From an uncultured Trueperaceae bacterium (GTDB lineage: Bacteria > Deinococcota > Deinococci > Deinococcales > Trueperaceae): DNA of 64,000 bases. The stretch lies in NCBI GenBank assembly GCA_963799485.1, contig CAWCXJ010000013.1:128001-192000 (forward strand), in the 5' to 3' direction. The position numbers were made by a program, and so were the translations under genes. The notes under the pieces are model-generated. The model was not told the origin of the DNA. It was given only the letters and a program-made list of their open reading frames with translations, and did not search any database. Below are positions 19,663 to 29,210 of the stretch, piece after piece; position 1 is the stretch's first letter; each line of letters opens with the position of its first letter.

Positions 19663-21983
19663 GCGTCGGTAAACCCCTCCCCCACGAGAGCGCCAGCGCG
19701 CACGTGCAGGGCACGGCCCGCTACACCGACGACCAGCCGCGTTTTACGGGGATGCTCAGCGCGTGGCCCGTTTTGGCTCCGCACGCCCGCGCCCGCATTA
19801 CTGCTTTAGAAACGGCTCCCGCTTTAGAGGTTCCCGGCGTCGTTCACGTCCTGAGCTACCGGGACGTACCGGGTGAAAACGACTCGAGCGCCCACAAAGG
19901 CGACGAACCGCTGTTACCCGAACATGACGTGCTGTTTCACAGCCAAGCCGTCGCCTGGGTTTTGGCTGAGGATGACGCGGCGGCGAGGGCCGGGGCCGCG
20001 CTCGTCCAAGTTTCCTATAAACCGCTGACGCCGCTTCTAAGTATTCAAGATGCTACCGCTCGAGAGAGTTTTCACGGGCCGGAACAAAAGCTCTCGCGGG
20101 GCGACGTGGATGCTGCGCTACAGGGTGCTGCCAACCGGCTCAGCGGTGAACTGTCTGTCGGCGGGCAAGACCATTTTTACCTGGAGACCCACGTCAGCTG
20201 GGCCGTTCCCGACCCGGACGGCACCGTCCACGTCACGAGTTCGACGCAACACCCGAGCGAGACGCAGGGCGTCGTCGCCAACGTCTTGGGCGTTCCCGCG
20301 CATCAGGTGACGGTGACGTGCTTGCGGATGGGCGGCGGCTTCGGGGGCAAAGAGTCGCAGGCCGCTCCTTACGCGGCGCTCGCAGCGCTCGGCGCACGCG
20401 TCACCGGGCGGCCCGTGCGCGTCAGGCTCCGGCGCGAGCACGATATGGTGTTGTCGGGTAAACGGCACCCGTTCTGGGGGCGCTACGAGGTCGGCTTTTC
20501 AGACGAGGGGACGCTCGAGGCGGTGAGGCTCGAGCTCTACAGCGACGGGGGGTTCTCGTCCGACCTCTCGCTGCCGGTGATGGGCCGCGCCCTGTTTCAC
20601 GTGGACAACGCCTACTTCGTGCCGAACCTGCACGTCACGGGCCGCGTCTGCAAGACGAACAAGGTCTCGCAGACGGCGTTTCGGGGTTTCGGTGGGCCAC
20701 AGGGAATGCTTTTTGCCGAGGAGATCGTGGCGCAGGTGGCGCAGCATCTGGGCGTTCCGGCAGAACGGGTACGTGAGCGCAACTTTTACGGCGGCACGGG
20801 TGAAAGCGCGACGACGCATTACGGTCAGGAGATTACCGATAACCGGTTAGGGCGGGTCTGGCACGAAGTTCTGGACAAAGCGGATTTTACGGCGCGTAAA
20901 ACTGACGTTGCTGCATTTAACGCCGCACAACCTCACCGTAAACGCGGCCTCGCCGTCACGCCCGTAAAGTTCGGGATTTCGTTTACCAACACGCCGATGA
21001 ACCAGGCCGGGGCGCTCGTTCTCATCTATCAAGACGGCAGCGTGCAGCTCAACCACGGCGGTACCGAGATGGGGCAGGGGCTCTACACGAAGATGTTGCA
21101 GGTTGCTGCGACGACGCTCGGCGTGCCGCTGGCGCAGTTTCGGGCGATGCCGACGGCGACCGACAAAGTTCCCAACACCTCCCCGACGGCGGCGAGTAGC
21201 GGCTCCGACCTCAACGGGCAGGCAGTTTTTGCGGCGTGTGAGACGCTCAAAGAGCGGCTCTCAGGGGTGGCGGCGGGGTTGCTCGAGCTCCCCTCACCCG
21301 AAACCCTGACGTTTGAAGACGGTGAGGTTTTCTCTCCTGCCAGGCCCGAACGCCGCCTGCTATTTATCGACGTGGTGCGGCGGGCGTACTTGGGGCAAAT
21401 CCCGCTCTTCGCTGCCGGTTTTTACCGCACTCCGAACCTGCATTTCGACCCGCACACGGGCAAGGGGCGGCCTTTTTATTACTTCGCCTACGGCGCGGCG
21501 GTCAGCGAGGTCGAGGTGGACGGTTTTACGGGGCAGTTCCGCTTACGGCGTGTGGACATTGTCGAGGACGCCGGAACGTCGCTTAATCCGCTTCTGGACC
21601 AGGGGCAGATCGAAGGCGGGTTCGTTCAGGGGCTGGGCTGGCTGACGATGGAAGAAGCGCTCTGGGACGACACCGGACGGTTTGTGACCAACGCGCCGAG
21701 CGTCTACAAGATTCCGACGATTGCCGACGTGCCCGAAGCTTTTCACGTGACGCTGTTGTCCCGCGCCGCCCAAGACGGTGTAGTTTACGGCAGCAAAGCG
21801 GTCGGCGAACCACCCTTTATGCTTGCGCTCAGCGTCCGGGAGGCGATTCGTAACGCTGTCGCTGCGTTCGCTACGGGGACACCGCAACGCCTCGAGCTAG
21901 CTTCACCCGCGACGCCTGAAGCGATTTTACGGGCGATTGAAACGGTCAAGGTACCGGCTCCGGAACTCGTTTCCGGTGACTAG
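19659..21983 (+). CDS. xdhB: Xanthine dehydrogenase molybdopterin-binding subunit
   Basis: GGQDHFYLE, RMGGGFGGKESQ, AFRGFGGPQG, SKAVGEPP. Confidence 0.96.
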   Translation: MSVGKPLPHESASAHVQGTARYTDDQPRFTGMLSAWPVLAPHARARITALETAPALEVPGVVHVLSYRDVPGENDSSAHKGDEPLLPEHDVLFHSQAVAWVLAEDDAAARAGAALVQVSYKPLTPLLSIQDATARESFHGPEQKLSRGDVDAALQGAANRLSGELSVGGQDHFYLETHVSWAVPDPDGTVHVTSSTQHPSETQGVVANVLGVPAHQVTVTCLRMGGGFGGKESQAAPYAALAALGARVTGRPVRVRLRREHDMVLSGKRHPFWGRYEVGFSDEGTLEAVRLELYSDGGFSSDLSLPVMGRALFHVDNAYFVPNLHVTGRVCKTNKVSQTAFRGFGGPQGMLFAEEIVAQVAQHLGVPAERVRERNFYGGTGESATTHYGQEITDNRLGRVWHEVLDKADFTARKTDVAAFNAAQPHRKRGLAVTPVKFGISFTNTPMNQAGALVLIYQDGSVQLNHGGTEMGQGLYTKMLQVAATTLGVPLAQFRAMPTATDKVPNTSPTAASSGSDLNGQAVFAACETLKERLSGVAAGLLELPSPETLTFEDGEVFSPARPERRLLFIDVVRRAYLGQIPLFAAGFYRTPNLHFDPHTGKGRPFYYFAYGAAVSEVEVDGFTGQFRLRRVDIVEDAGTSLNPLLDQGQIEGGFVQGLGWLTMEEALWDDTGRFVTNAPSVYKIPTIADVPEAFHVTLLSRAAQDGVVYGSKAVGEPPFMLALSVREAIRNAVAAFATGTPQRLELASPATPEAILRAIETVKVPAPELVSGD

Positions 21984-22001
21984 CTTTCGGGTAATAATTT
22001 C

Positions 22002-22811
22002 TTGAGCTGGCTTGCCGCCGTGACGCAGTTGCACGCAGCTGGCACGCCGTTCGTCCTGGTGACGATTGCCCGGGTTCGCGGTCATGCGCCGCGCGGCGCA
22101 GGGTGCAAGATGGTCGTCAGCGCCGAGGAAGTGTGGGGCAGTGTCGGCGGCGGGAACCTCGAGGCTCACACCACTACTCGCGCCCGTAAACTTCTGGCTG
22201 AACACGTCACGACGCCCCAACTGCTGACGCAAAAACTGAGTACCAAAGGCGGGGACTACGGCGTGCAGTGTTGCGGGGGAGAGGTGACGCTGCTCTTGGA
22301 GCCGCACTACCTGCAGCGCCCGACAGTCGCCATTTTCGGCGCCGGACACGTCGGGTGGGCGCTCGTACAGGTTTTGGGGACGTTGCCTTTAGAGCTTCAT
22401 CTGGTGGACTCGCGGCCCGACGCCCTCAACCGTTCCCTGCCCACACCGCTGACCGCTTCGGTGACGACGCACCACGCGCCGGTTCCCGAAAGTGTCTTGG
22501 ACGCGCTGCCCGAGAAGGCCCATCTGCTCGTCCTGACGCACGACCACGCGGAAGATGTAGCGGTACTCGAGCGCGCCCTCTACAAAAATCCCGGTAAAGA
22601 TTTTGGCTTTATTGGGCTTATCGGTTCAAAGAGCAAGTGGACACATTTTCGCCGTAAACTGCTCGAGTCCGGTCTAACTGAAACCGACCTTACGCGCGTG
22701 ACCACGCCTATCGGGTTGCCGAACGTTCCCGGTAAAAGTCCGCAGTCGGTGGCGATAGCGGTGGCGGCGCAGCTGCTCGGGGTGCTCTCTTTACCCGATA
22801 CGCTTTTCTAG
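22002..22811 (+). CDS. xdhC: Xanthine dehydrogenase accessory protein
   Basis: GHAPR, GSVGGGNLE, QCCGG, FGAGHVG, THDH, GLIGSKSK, PIG. Confidence 0.94.
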   Translation: MSWLAAVTQLHAAGTPFVLVTIARVRGHAPRGAGCKMVVSAEEVWGSVGGGNLEAHTTTRARKLLAEHVTTPQLLTQKLSTKGGDYGVQCCGGEVTLLLEPHYLQRPTVAIFGAGHVGWALVQVLGTLPLELHLVDSRPDALNRSLPTPLTASVTTHHAPVPESVLDALPEKAHLLVLTHDHAEDVAVLERALYKNPGKDFGFIGLIGSKSKWTHFRRKLLESGLTETDLTRVTTPIGLPNVPGKSPQSVAIAVAAQLLGVLSLPDTLF

Positions 22812-22827
22812 ACCCTTGCAACGGCCT

Positions 22828-24129
22828 TTACGGATTGGGCGGGTTATACGCCAGGACAATCTGACCGTCGATATACATCCGCAATTCGGTTTCGCCGTAA
22901 ACGGTCACGGTGTCGTCAACGGCCTCGTTCGGCCCCATGGCACGCTCTAACGCGACGCGCGTACCTTCGTCGTCGGTAACTTCGACCTTGAATTCATACG
23001 CGCGCCCCTGCAAAAATGAATAGTTTGCCGGGTCGTAGGCAATGGGGATGACGCGTCCGCCGGTCGCGGGCAGGCCCGCTGCGAGGCTTTGTCCGGCCCC
23101 CGTTTGACCCTGTGGTTGACCTGACCCTGACCCCGTTTGTAGTTGATCCTCACGCGTCCCTGCAGGCGTCCTTACGGGCGGTAGCGCGGGAGCCTGCACC
23201 TCGTAGGAACCCGCGTCCCCGTTCGTACGAAGCTCGACGGCGGTGCCCCAAAGCGTATAGCTGCCGGGTTGAACCGTACTGACGCCGCGCGGCTTCGCCG
23301 GGTCGAACGGGTCGGTAATGACCTGACCGACGCGGAGCCCGGCAGCTTGCAGACGCTCGGCGGCGCGTTCTAAGTCCAGACCGCGCACGGGCGGCACCGC
23401 TACGACCTGACGGTTGGCGACGGTGTAATAAAGCGTTACGGGGGCGCTAACGCTCGCGTTTACCCCGGCTTTGGGAGTTTGCGCCGTGACCCCGGGCGGC
23501 CCGAGCCGTGTCGGTACGGTGACGACCTGACGGAAGCCGAGTTTGTTCAGCTGCGCTTCTGCAACGTCCAAGCGTTTGCCGACGACGCGCGGGAGAACGA
23601 CGCGCTGCGCCCGTGGCCCTAAACTCAAGACGAGCTGCACGGCGTTGGCGTTGCTTTGCAAGGTGCTGCCCCCTGCCGGACGTTGCGCCAAGACTGTTCC
23701 TTCGGGTTGCGGGGCGTTGCGAAATGCGAGTCGTGAGAGTTCCAGCCCCGCACTTGCCAGCGCCGCTTCGGCCTCACTCCGGCCTAGACCGACAAGCCTC
23801 GGCACGCTGGTTTCGCCCGCCGTACTGACGCCGAGCGCAACGCCGCGCCCACGACGCACCGAAGCGCCCACAGTCGGCGTCTGACTCGTTACGCTTTCAG
23901 GGGGCGCTGACCGGGTGCTGTCGGGGTAAGTGGAGACCTCGAAGCCCAGGTTTTGCAGCGTTCGGCTGGCGTCACGAACGTTTTCACCGACGACGCCCGG
24001 AACCTTTACCTCACCGACCTGGACGTAGCGAACCCCGAGAAGACCGATAAGTCCGGCAAAAGCTGTGAGGAGAGCGAGCGCCAGCAGAACCCGAAACGGA
24101 CTTCTGCGGCGCGGTCTGGAACGTACCAC
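22828..24129 (-). CDS. Membrane-anchored PASTA-repeat protein with no kinase or transpeptidase domain
   Basis: N-terminal TM helix; repeats VPGVVG, VPRLVG, LPRVVG, VPPVRG with Q-x-P motifs. Confidence 0.85.
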   Translation of the reverse strand: MVRSRPRRRSPFRVLLALALLTAFAGLIGLLGVRYVQVGEVKVPGVVGENVRDASRTLQNLGFEVSTYPDSTRSAPPESVTSQTPTVGASVRRGRGVALGVSTAGETSVPRLVGLGRSEAEAALASAGLELSRLAFRNAPQPEGTVLAQRPAGGSTLQSNANAVQLVLSLGPRAQRVVLPRVVGKRLDVAEAQLNKLGFRQVVTVPTRLGPPGVTAQTPKAGVNASVSAPVTLYYTVANRQVVAVPPVRGLDLERAAERLQAAGLRVGQVITDPFDPAKPRGVSTVQPGSYTLWGTAVELRTNGDAGSYEVQAPALPPVRTPAGTREDQLQTGSGSGQPQGQTGAGQSLAAGLPATGGRVIPIAYDPANYSFLQGRAYEFKVEVTDDEGTRVALERAMGPNEAVDDTVTVYGETELRMYIDGQIVLAYNPPNP

Positions 24130-24239
24130 CCCAGAACTTTAACACGGCCTGGTAGACCGTCTCGTGAGAGTACCGGACACGTCGCCATATCGGTAACAGA
24201 CCAGACTTACCCTCGAGCCGTGTCCGTTATAGTTGAGCC

Positions 24240-24869
24240 GTGTCCGTTTCGCTTACCCCCATCACCGATCCTGCGGCTGCCGACAGCACCTTTCCTGAAC
24301 TCGCTGCGCTGGCACGGCTTGCGGCGGCGGGCGTCCGGCTTGCGCCGCTCCGGGTCGTCCCTGCTGCTGCTGAAGAGACTTTTTACCGTTTGAACAACCT
24401 GCCTGCCCAGCTCAGCGCGCTCTTTGCGGGCCTCGAGCTGCGTGATCCCGACGAGGACGACCTCGAGGAACGCGCGCCCACGGCCCAGGCGCTTTTACGG
24501 CAACACTTTTTGCTCGACGAGTTCGTCGATCTCTTTTACGCCGGTCTTTCCGGGCTTCCGCCGCGTGTTCGGGTACGCCGCCCGAATGTGCCGGGAACCC
24601 AGGAACCCGGTCGCGTCGTTACCAAAGGGCGTCCGGCGCTTTTGGCGCTCAAAGACACCTGGGCCGATGACTGGTCGTTCGGTGCGCTCTGGGCGCGTAC
24701 TACCGCGCAGGGAACGGTCGCCCTCACCGCGCGGCCCGTCTTGCTCGCGCCGTCCACCCAAACCGACGCCGGAGACGCCGAAGCAGGCCGCGCCTCACAG
24801 CTTTTGGGTCAGCGGGTAAGGCTTTTGCACGACCCGACTCTCGGCGTCACCGGGGTGCGTTTTCTCTAG
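24240..24869 (+). CDS. Hypothetical protein
   Basis: 209-aa ORF with host-like codon usage; no family recognised with confidence. Confidence 0.7.
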   Translation: MSVSLTPITDPAAADSTFPELAALARLAAAGVRLAPLRVVPAAAEETFYRLNNLPAQLSALFAGLELRDPDEDDLEERAPTAQALLRQHFLLDEFVDLFYAGLSGLPPRVRVRRPNVPGTQEPGRVVTKGRPALLALKDTWADDWSFGALWARTTAQGTVALTARPVLLAPSTQTDAGDAEAGRASQLLGQRVRLLHDPTLGVTGVRFL

Positions 24870-24944
24870 TGTGTCAAACTCAGGGCGGTAAGCCCAGACG
24901 CTTGTTGGGGAAAAAAGCCAAACGCCCTGTAGCCCAGTTGGAAC

Positions 24945-24992
24945 GCCGACAACCTTTAGAGCCGACAACCTTTAGAGCCGACAACCTTCAGA
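24945..24992. repeat. 16-bp tandem repeat, three copies (GCCGACAACCTTYAGA)
   Basis: Copies at 24945, 24961 and 24977. Confidence 0.95.
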
Positions 24993-25082
24993 TATGTGCA
25001 GATGTATGAACCGGGCTGCGTAGGCTGGGCGACGGGCACCTGTCAACGCTAAAGCTAAGGTAAACGCTATGAAAGCCGCCCC

Positions 25083-25949
25083 ATGCCCTGGTTAGTCCCG
25101 TGCAGCATTTCGCCTGCTGGTGAGGCGTTTTTAACGCAGTTTTTAGGCGCTCTGGCCGAACGGCTAGACGATCCTGCGCTGGACCGCGCCGATACAGTGC
25201 GTGAGACGCTCGCCCAGGTCATGCACGCTGCCTCCTACGCCGAGCTTGCCGAGCGTGCGCCCGCCGCCGCCTTTGCGCTCGATCCACGCAATGTTCTTTT
25301 TGAAGCCGAGCGCTACGCCGTGACCGACCAGGAACGGTTTGCCCGTGTCAAACCGCTCTTGTGGCTCTGGAAAAGCCTCGACCTCACGCCAATGGGTCAA
25401 TCTGTTGCAAGCGGTTTGCGCTTAAGGCGGTTGTTGGCCGAGCGCATCTTCGCCCGCGCGGGTAAAAACCTCAACATCTTCCAGAACGTCGAAGTATCAG
25501 TCGGGTACAACCTCGAGGTCGGCGATAACGTCTCGCTTCACCGGCACGTCTTTATCGACGACATCGGCGGCGTCAAGCTTCACGACGGTGTAAACCTGTC
25601 GGATTATGTCAACGTCTACAGCCACACCCACAGCATTCTAGAGTCGCCCGACGTGATCCTGAAAGAAACGGTGATCGGGCGCGGCGTGCGGGTGGCGTAT
25701 CATGCGACGATTCTGGCCGGAACCGTGCTGAGCGACGACAGCATGATGGGCGCGATGGCGCTCGTAACCCGCGACTTCGAGCCGCACGTCATCGGCTTGG
25801 GCATTCCGGCAAAGGCCCGTATCTGGAAAGAGCGGGCGGGCGACGCCCGGTTCGCGAGCCTGGTCGTAGACGCGCGCAGCTATAACCGTACACCCGAAGT
25901 GCGAGCCAACCCTGATTTTGCCGAAGCTGAGACGGTTGCAAAAGATTAG
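25083..25949 (+). CDS. Hexapeptide-repeat (left-handed beta-helix) acyltransferase
   Basis: LEVGDNVSLH, VNVYSHTH, TVIGRGVRVAYHATILAG, MGAMALVTRD, GIPAK. Confidence 0.88.
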   Translation: MPWLVPCSISPAGEAFLTQFLGALAERLDDPALDRADTVRETLAQVMHAASYAELAERAPAAAFALDPRNVLFEAERYAVTDQERFARVKPLLWLWKSLDLTPMGQSVASGLRLRRLLAERIFARAGKNLNIFQNVEVSVGYNLEVGDNVSLHRHVFIDDIGGVKLHDGVNLSDYVNVYSHTHSILESPDVILKETVIGRGVRVAYHATILAGTVLSDDSMMGAMALVTRDFEPHVIGLGIPAKARIWKERAGDARFASLVVDARSYNRTPEVRANPDFAEAETVAKD

Positions 25950-26161
25950 CTTTGCGGCGTAAAAGTTGCGGTGTGAACGGCCTCGAGCGCCTCTGCCAAC
26001 CCCTCGAGCGAACACGGTGCGTAGGCCTCGAGCCCCACGATCTCAGCTTCCGGGACACCGGCCTCGAGCAGCGTTCGGCGCAAATTGAGCAGTAGTGCTT
26101 GGCGGTAGGCTGCGTCGATAAGTGCACGGTTGAAAGCTAGATTGAGTGCCCGACTTCGCAA
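25946..26161 (-). CDS. Small protein with an NHLP/Os1348-leader-like N-terminus
   Basis: TTG start with GGGGAG RBS; RALIDAAYRQALL...L.EAG pattern. Confidence 0.6.
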   Translation of the reverse strand: MRSRALNLAFNRALIDAAYRQALLLNLRRTLLEAGVPEAEIVGLEAYAPCSLEGLAEALEAVHTATFTPQS

Positions 26162-26249
26162 AACAACTCCCCGGCCGATTTGGGTTTGACCCGAATCTTG
26201 TGAACGATAGCACGCCGCTTTAGGGACTGCACGAACGGTTCACGAAACA

Positions 26250-26292
26250 TAACTAAACGACTACGCACTGAAAGTGCGTAGTCGTTTAGTTA
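26250..26292. terminator. Perfect 20-bp inverted repeat downstream of ilvE
   Basis: TAACTAAACGACTACGCACT-gaa-AGTGCGTAGTCGTTTAGTTA. Confidence 0.85.
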
Positions 26293-26325
26293 AAACTTGG
26301 AGCTCGAGCCCACGGCTGCTCCGGG

Positions 26326-27282
26326 CTAGCGGACGTAACTCAGCCAATGCTCGAACTCCGGCACTTCACCCGCCGCAGCTTTTAAGTAAAGTTCACGCAG
26401 CTTGATAGTAAATTCACCGGCTTTGCCGCTGCCGACCGGGCGGCGGTCGATAGACGAAACCGGCGACACCTCGGCGGCAGTCCCGACCATAAACACCTCG
26501 TCGGCGATGTAGAGCTCATCGCGGGTCGCCATCGTCGGGACAACTGCTGTGCCGAGCGATTCGGCGAGTTTGACCACCGAATCACGGGTGATGCCGCGCA
26601 GGTTGACCGAGTGCGCGATCGGATAGAGCGTGCCGCCCTTGAGGAAAAAGATATTTTCGCCTGAACCCTCGGCGACGAACCCTTCTTTGTCCAGCAGCAG
26701 CGCCTCGTCGAAACCGCCGTCTTTGGCCTCTTGGTTGGCTAATACCGAATTGACGTAGTTGCCGCCCGCTTTGGCTTTGGTCGGCAGTACGTCGCCGGGG
26801 CTTCTGCGCCACGAGGAGGTCATCAGTTTTGCGCCCTCGCGCACGGCGTCTTCACCCAGATACGAACCCCACGGCATCGTGGCAACCATGAAATGCACCG
26901 AATTCTTGCCCGGATTGACGCCCAGGCTCTCGGCGCCGTACCACAGCAGCGGGCGGATGTAACACGACTCGTAGTGGTTTTGCCGGACGGTCTCGAGTAC
27001 CGCTTCACTGATTTCTTGGGCGCTGCAAGGCGCGGGCATCCCCAGGATTTTCGCCGAGTCGAGCAGCCGCTGTGTGTGCTCCGGCAGTCTGAAAACTGCC
27101 GGGCCGCGCGCGGTCTTGTAGGCGCGAACACCCTCGAACACGCTGGTACCGTAGTGCAAGGCGTGCGTCAGCACCGAAACCTTGGCTTCGGCTGCGGGGA
27201 CGAGTTCGCCGTCGAACCAGATAAGTCCGGCGTCCGTTTCAGTTCTGCCGACGGAGTTTTGCTGAGCTAAAGGAACAGTCAT
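26326..27282 (-). CDS. ilvE: Branched-chain amino acid aminotransferase
   Basis: HALHYGTSVFEG, YIRPL, AKAGGNY, EGSGENIF, GITR, GTAAE. Confidence 0.96.
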   Translation of the reverse strand: MTVPLAQQNSVGRTETDAGLIWFDGELVPAAEAKVSVLTHALHYGTSVFEGVRAYKTARGPAVFRLPEHTQRLLDSAKILGMPAPCSAQEISEAVLETVRQNHYESCYIRPLLWYGAESLGVNPGKNSVHFMVATMPWGSYLGEDAVREGAKLMTSSWRRSPGDVLPTKAKAGGNYVNSVLANQEAKDGGFDEALLLDKEGFVAEGSGENIFFLKGGTLYPIAHSVNLRGITRDSVVKLAESLGTAVVPTMATRDELYIADEVFMVGTAAEVSPVSSIDRRPVGSGKAGEFTIKLRELYLKAAAGEVPEFEHWLSYVR

Positions 27283-27474
27283 GAAGGTCTCCTTATGTAA
27301 GGCACTATACAGCGCAGCCGGCTGAAACGTTGCCCGGTTCTACGCGACTGCCTGTTACGCAGACGCCACGAGGCACTTTGCCTGTGAACTCGAGGCTTTT
27401 AATGACCTGCTGTTCATGCGGCCCTCAAAATGCAGCGCGAAGGCTGTGATAAGCTCTACAGGCTTAGGAGTGAC

Positions 27475-28074
27475 ATGACACGAGCTGTTCTACTAATCGG
27501 TTTACTAGTTTCGAGTCTCTGGAGTGGCGCTTTTGCCCAGCAGCGCGCAACGGTTTCCGGAACCGTCGCAACCCCCGACGGGCTCCCTGAAACTGCCCGT
27601 ATCGGCGTGCATATCGTCGATACGCGGGGCGTTTGGGGCCGAGAAATCGGGACGACGACACCTGAAAACGGCACCTTCGAGGTTGAGCTTGCGGGTTCGA
27701 CAGACGCGCTGACGCCGTTTCGGAGCAGTGAGGTGGTGCTGCCGGGATTGCAAAACAACTACAGTTTGAGCTCCGAGGTCAACTTTACCCGCGCCCAGAT
27801 CGACGTGTATCTCGACGAAAACGGCAACGGTACCTTCGACCGCGAGACCGACACGCCGTACCTGGGCCTCGCCGGAATCTCTGAGCCGAGCGGCTTTTTT
27901 GTTCCGCTTTACGTCGACGCCGACACGACACTCGAGGCTGAGGGTCAAACCTACACGTTCAAAAGGGGCTGGAACATCTTTACGGTACGCTTCCCGGAGG
28001 GGGGGCAGCCGGAATATGGCGTCTCGAGTACGCTCGGCGCGGCGCGTCTGGACGTGTTTCCCGGTGAGCCGTAA
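27475..28074 (+). CDS. Hypothetical secreted protein
   Basis: RBS AGGAG; signal peptide ending AFA-Q; EF-hand-like loop DENGNGTFD. Confidence 0.75.
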   Translation: MTRAVLLIGLLVSSLWSGAFAQQRATVSGTVATPDGLPETARIGVHIVDTRGVWGREIGTTTPENGTFEVELAGSTDALTPFRSSEVVLPGLQNNYSLSSEVNFTRAQIDVYLDENGNGTFDRETDTPYLGLAGISEPSGFFVPLYVDADTTLEAEGQTYTFKRGWNIFTVRFPEGGQPEYGVSSTLGAARLDVFPGEP

Positions 28075-28118
28075 GGCGTCCGGGATTTACCGGCGCTGAC
28101 CGAAAAGAGTCTCTGCCT

Positions 28119-28154
28119 CACGGTAGGCAGCACAGTAGGCAGCATGACAGGCAG
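28119..28154. repeat. Degenerate 12-bp tandem repeat, three copies (CAnnnnAGGCAG)
   Basis: cacggtaggcag cacagtaggcag catgacaggcag. Confidence 0.8.
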
Positions 28155-28335
28155 CCGGGTTGTGTCACCTTCGCCCTTACCGCCGGTCTCAGCGCAGTCG
28201 GCGACATCGGGTTCATCGCCCTAGTAGGCAAACTCATTACCTTTACACCTGCGACGGCTTTATACTCGACCCTATTATGTGTGATGCCAACAGCCGTGTT
28301 GCAACGACGCCTAAAAACTCCGCCCCGAAAAATCC

Positions 28336-28719
28336 ATGAGCAAAAAAACCTATAGCGCCCGCGAGATCGTCCTTTCACTTTTTCCCGATACCGACGCGGC
28401 GCTCGTCCCCCTTCCCGAGCCCTACCGTTTTGAACTCGCTGACAGCGGGCTGCTGCGTCTGCTGCGTGACGGAACCGAAGTGGCGCTGCTCGCGCCGGTT
28501 GCCCCGGCGGGGAACGCCTCGAGCCAGCTCTGCTGCGACCTCTGCCGCTGGAGCGCCCCGCGCCACTACCTGCAACTCTTTCGCGCTGAAGTCCCCGGTT
28601 CAAAAGGGCGACGTTACCGCTACGTTTCGCTTTGCCGTGACCCTGCCGGGTGTGAAGCACGCCGCGCCCACGGCGACGCGCCCGTCGATCTGCTGCTCAG
28701 CCGGGTACTGGGAGGTTAG
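28336..28719 (+). CDS. FBP/FusB C-terminal treble-clef zinc-finger-like protein
   Basis: CCDLC...F...G...YVSLCRD...C spacing. Confidence 0.65.
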   Translation: MSKKTYSAREIVLSLFPDTDAALVPLPEPYRFELADSGLLRLLRDGTEVALLAPVAPAGNASSQLCCDLCRWSAPRHYLQLFRAEVPGSKGRRYRYVSLCRDPAGCEARRAHGDAPVDLLLSRVLGG

Positions 28720-29081
28720 GTTGCACCGGTCTGCGCAGCGCCGCAGGGTGCAAGCTCGGCGTTTTACTGCCAGGGACAAACCGGAAAGCATTCTGGTCAC
28801 GTTTGCCGCCTTGCCGGGCCGAACCGAGTGAAGCCGGTTACACAGCGCAGTTTTCACAACTTGTCACAACTGCTGAGCGCGAAGCTCGTCGTTCTCACGC
28901 CGTGGGCGTAGCGGAATTTCATCTCAGAACGTGCGCACCAGCTTGTACTTCGCTATCTCGGGCTGGCTCAAACCAACTGACCTTTTGAACTATACCGGTG
29001 CCAAAAGTCAAAAAGCTCGGGTGCTATACTTGCTCTACGCCGTCTCGAGTACCAGAAAGCTGTCCACTGCATCAGGGGGTG

Positions 29082-29174
29082 CAAGATGACCTGTAACCAA
29101 GATGACCTATAGCAAGGCGACACGCTGCCTAGCTCGGTTGTCACTTACTTCTCAGTCAAAGTGCAAGATGACCT
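29082..29174 (+). repeat. Three copies of CAAGATGACCT upstream of the AhpD-like gene
   Basis: Copies at 29082, 29098 and 29164. Confidence 0.85.
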
Positions 29175-29210
29175 ATAACAAGCTGACACACAAGCCGACA
29201 AAGGCTGAGC

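Noticed and set aside
24945..29174. Short repeats as a CRISPR array
   Set aside because: Units are 11-16 bp, mostly adjacent with no unique spacers, and no cas genes are present.
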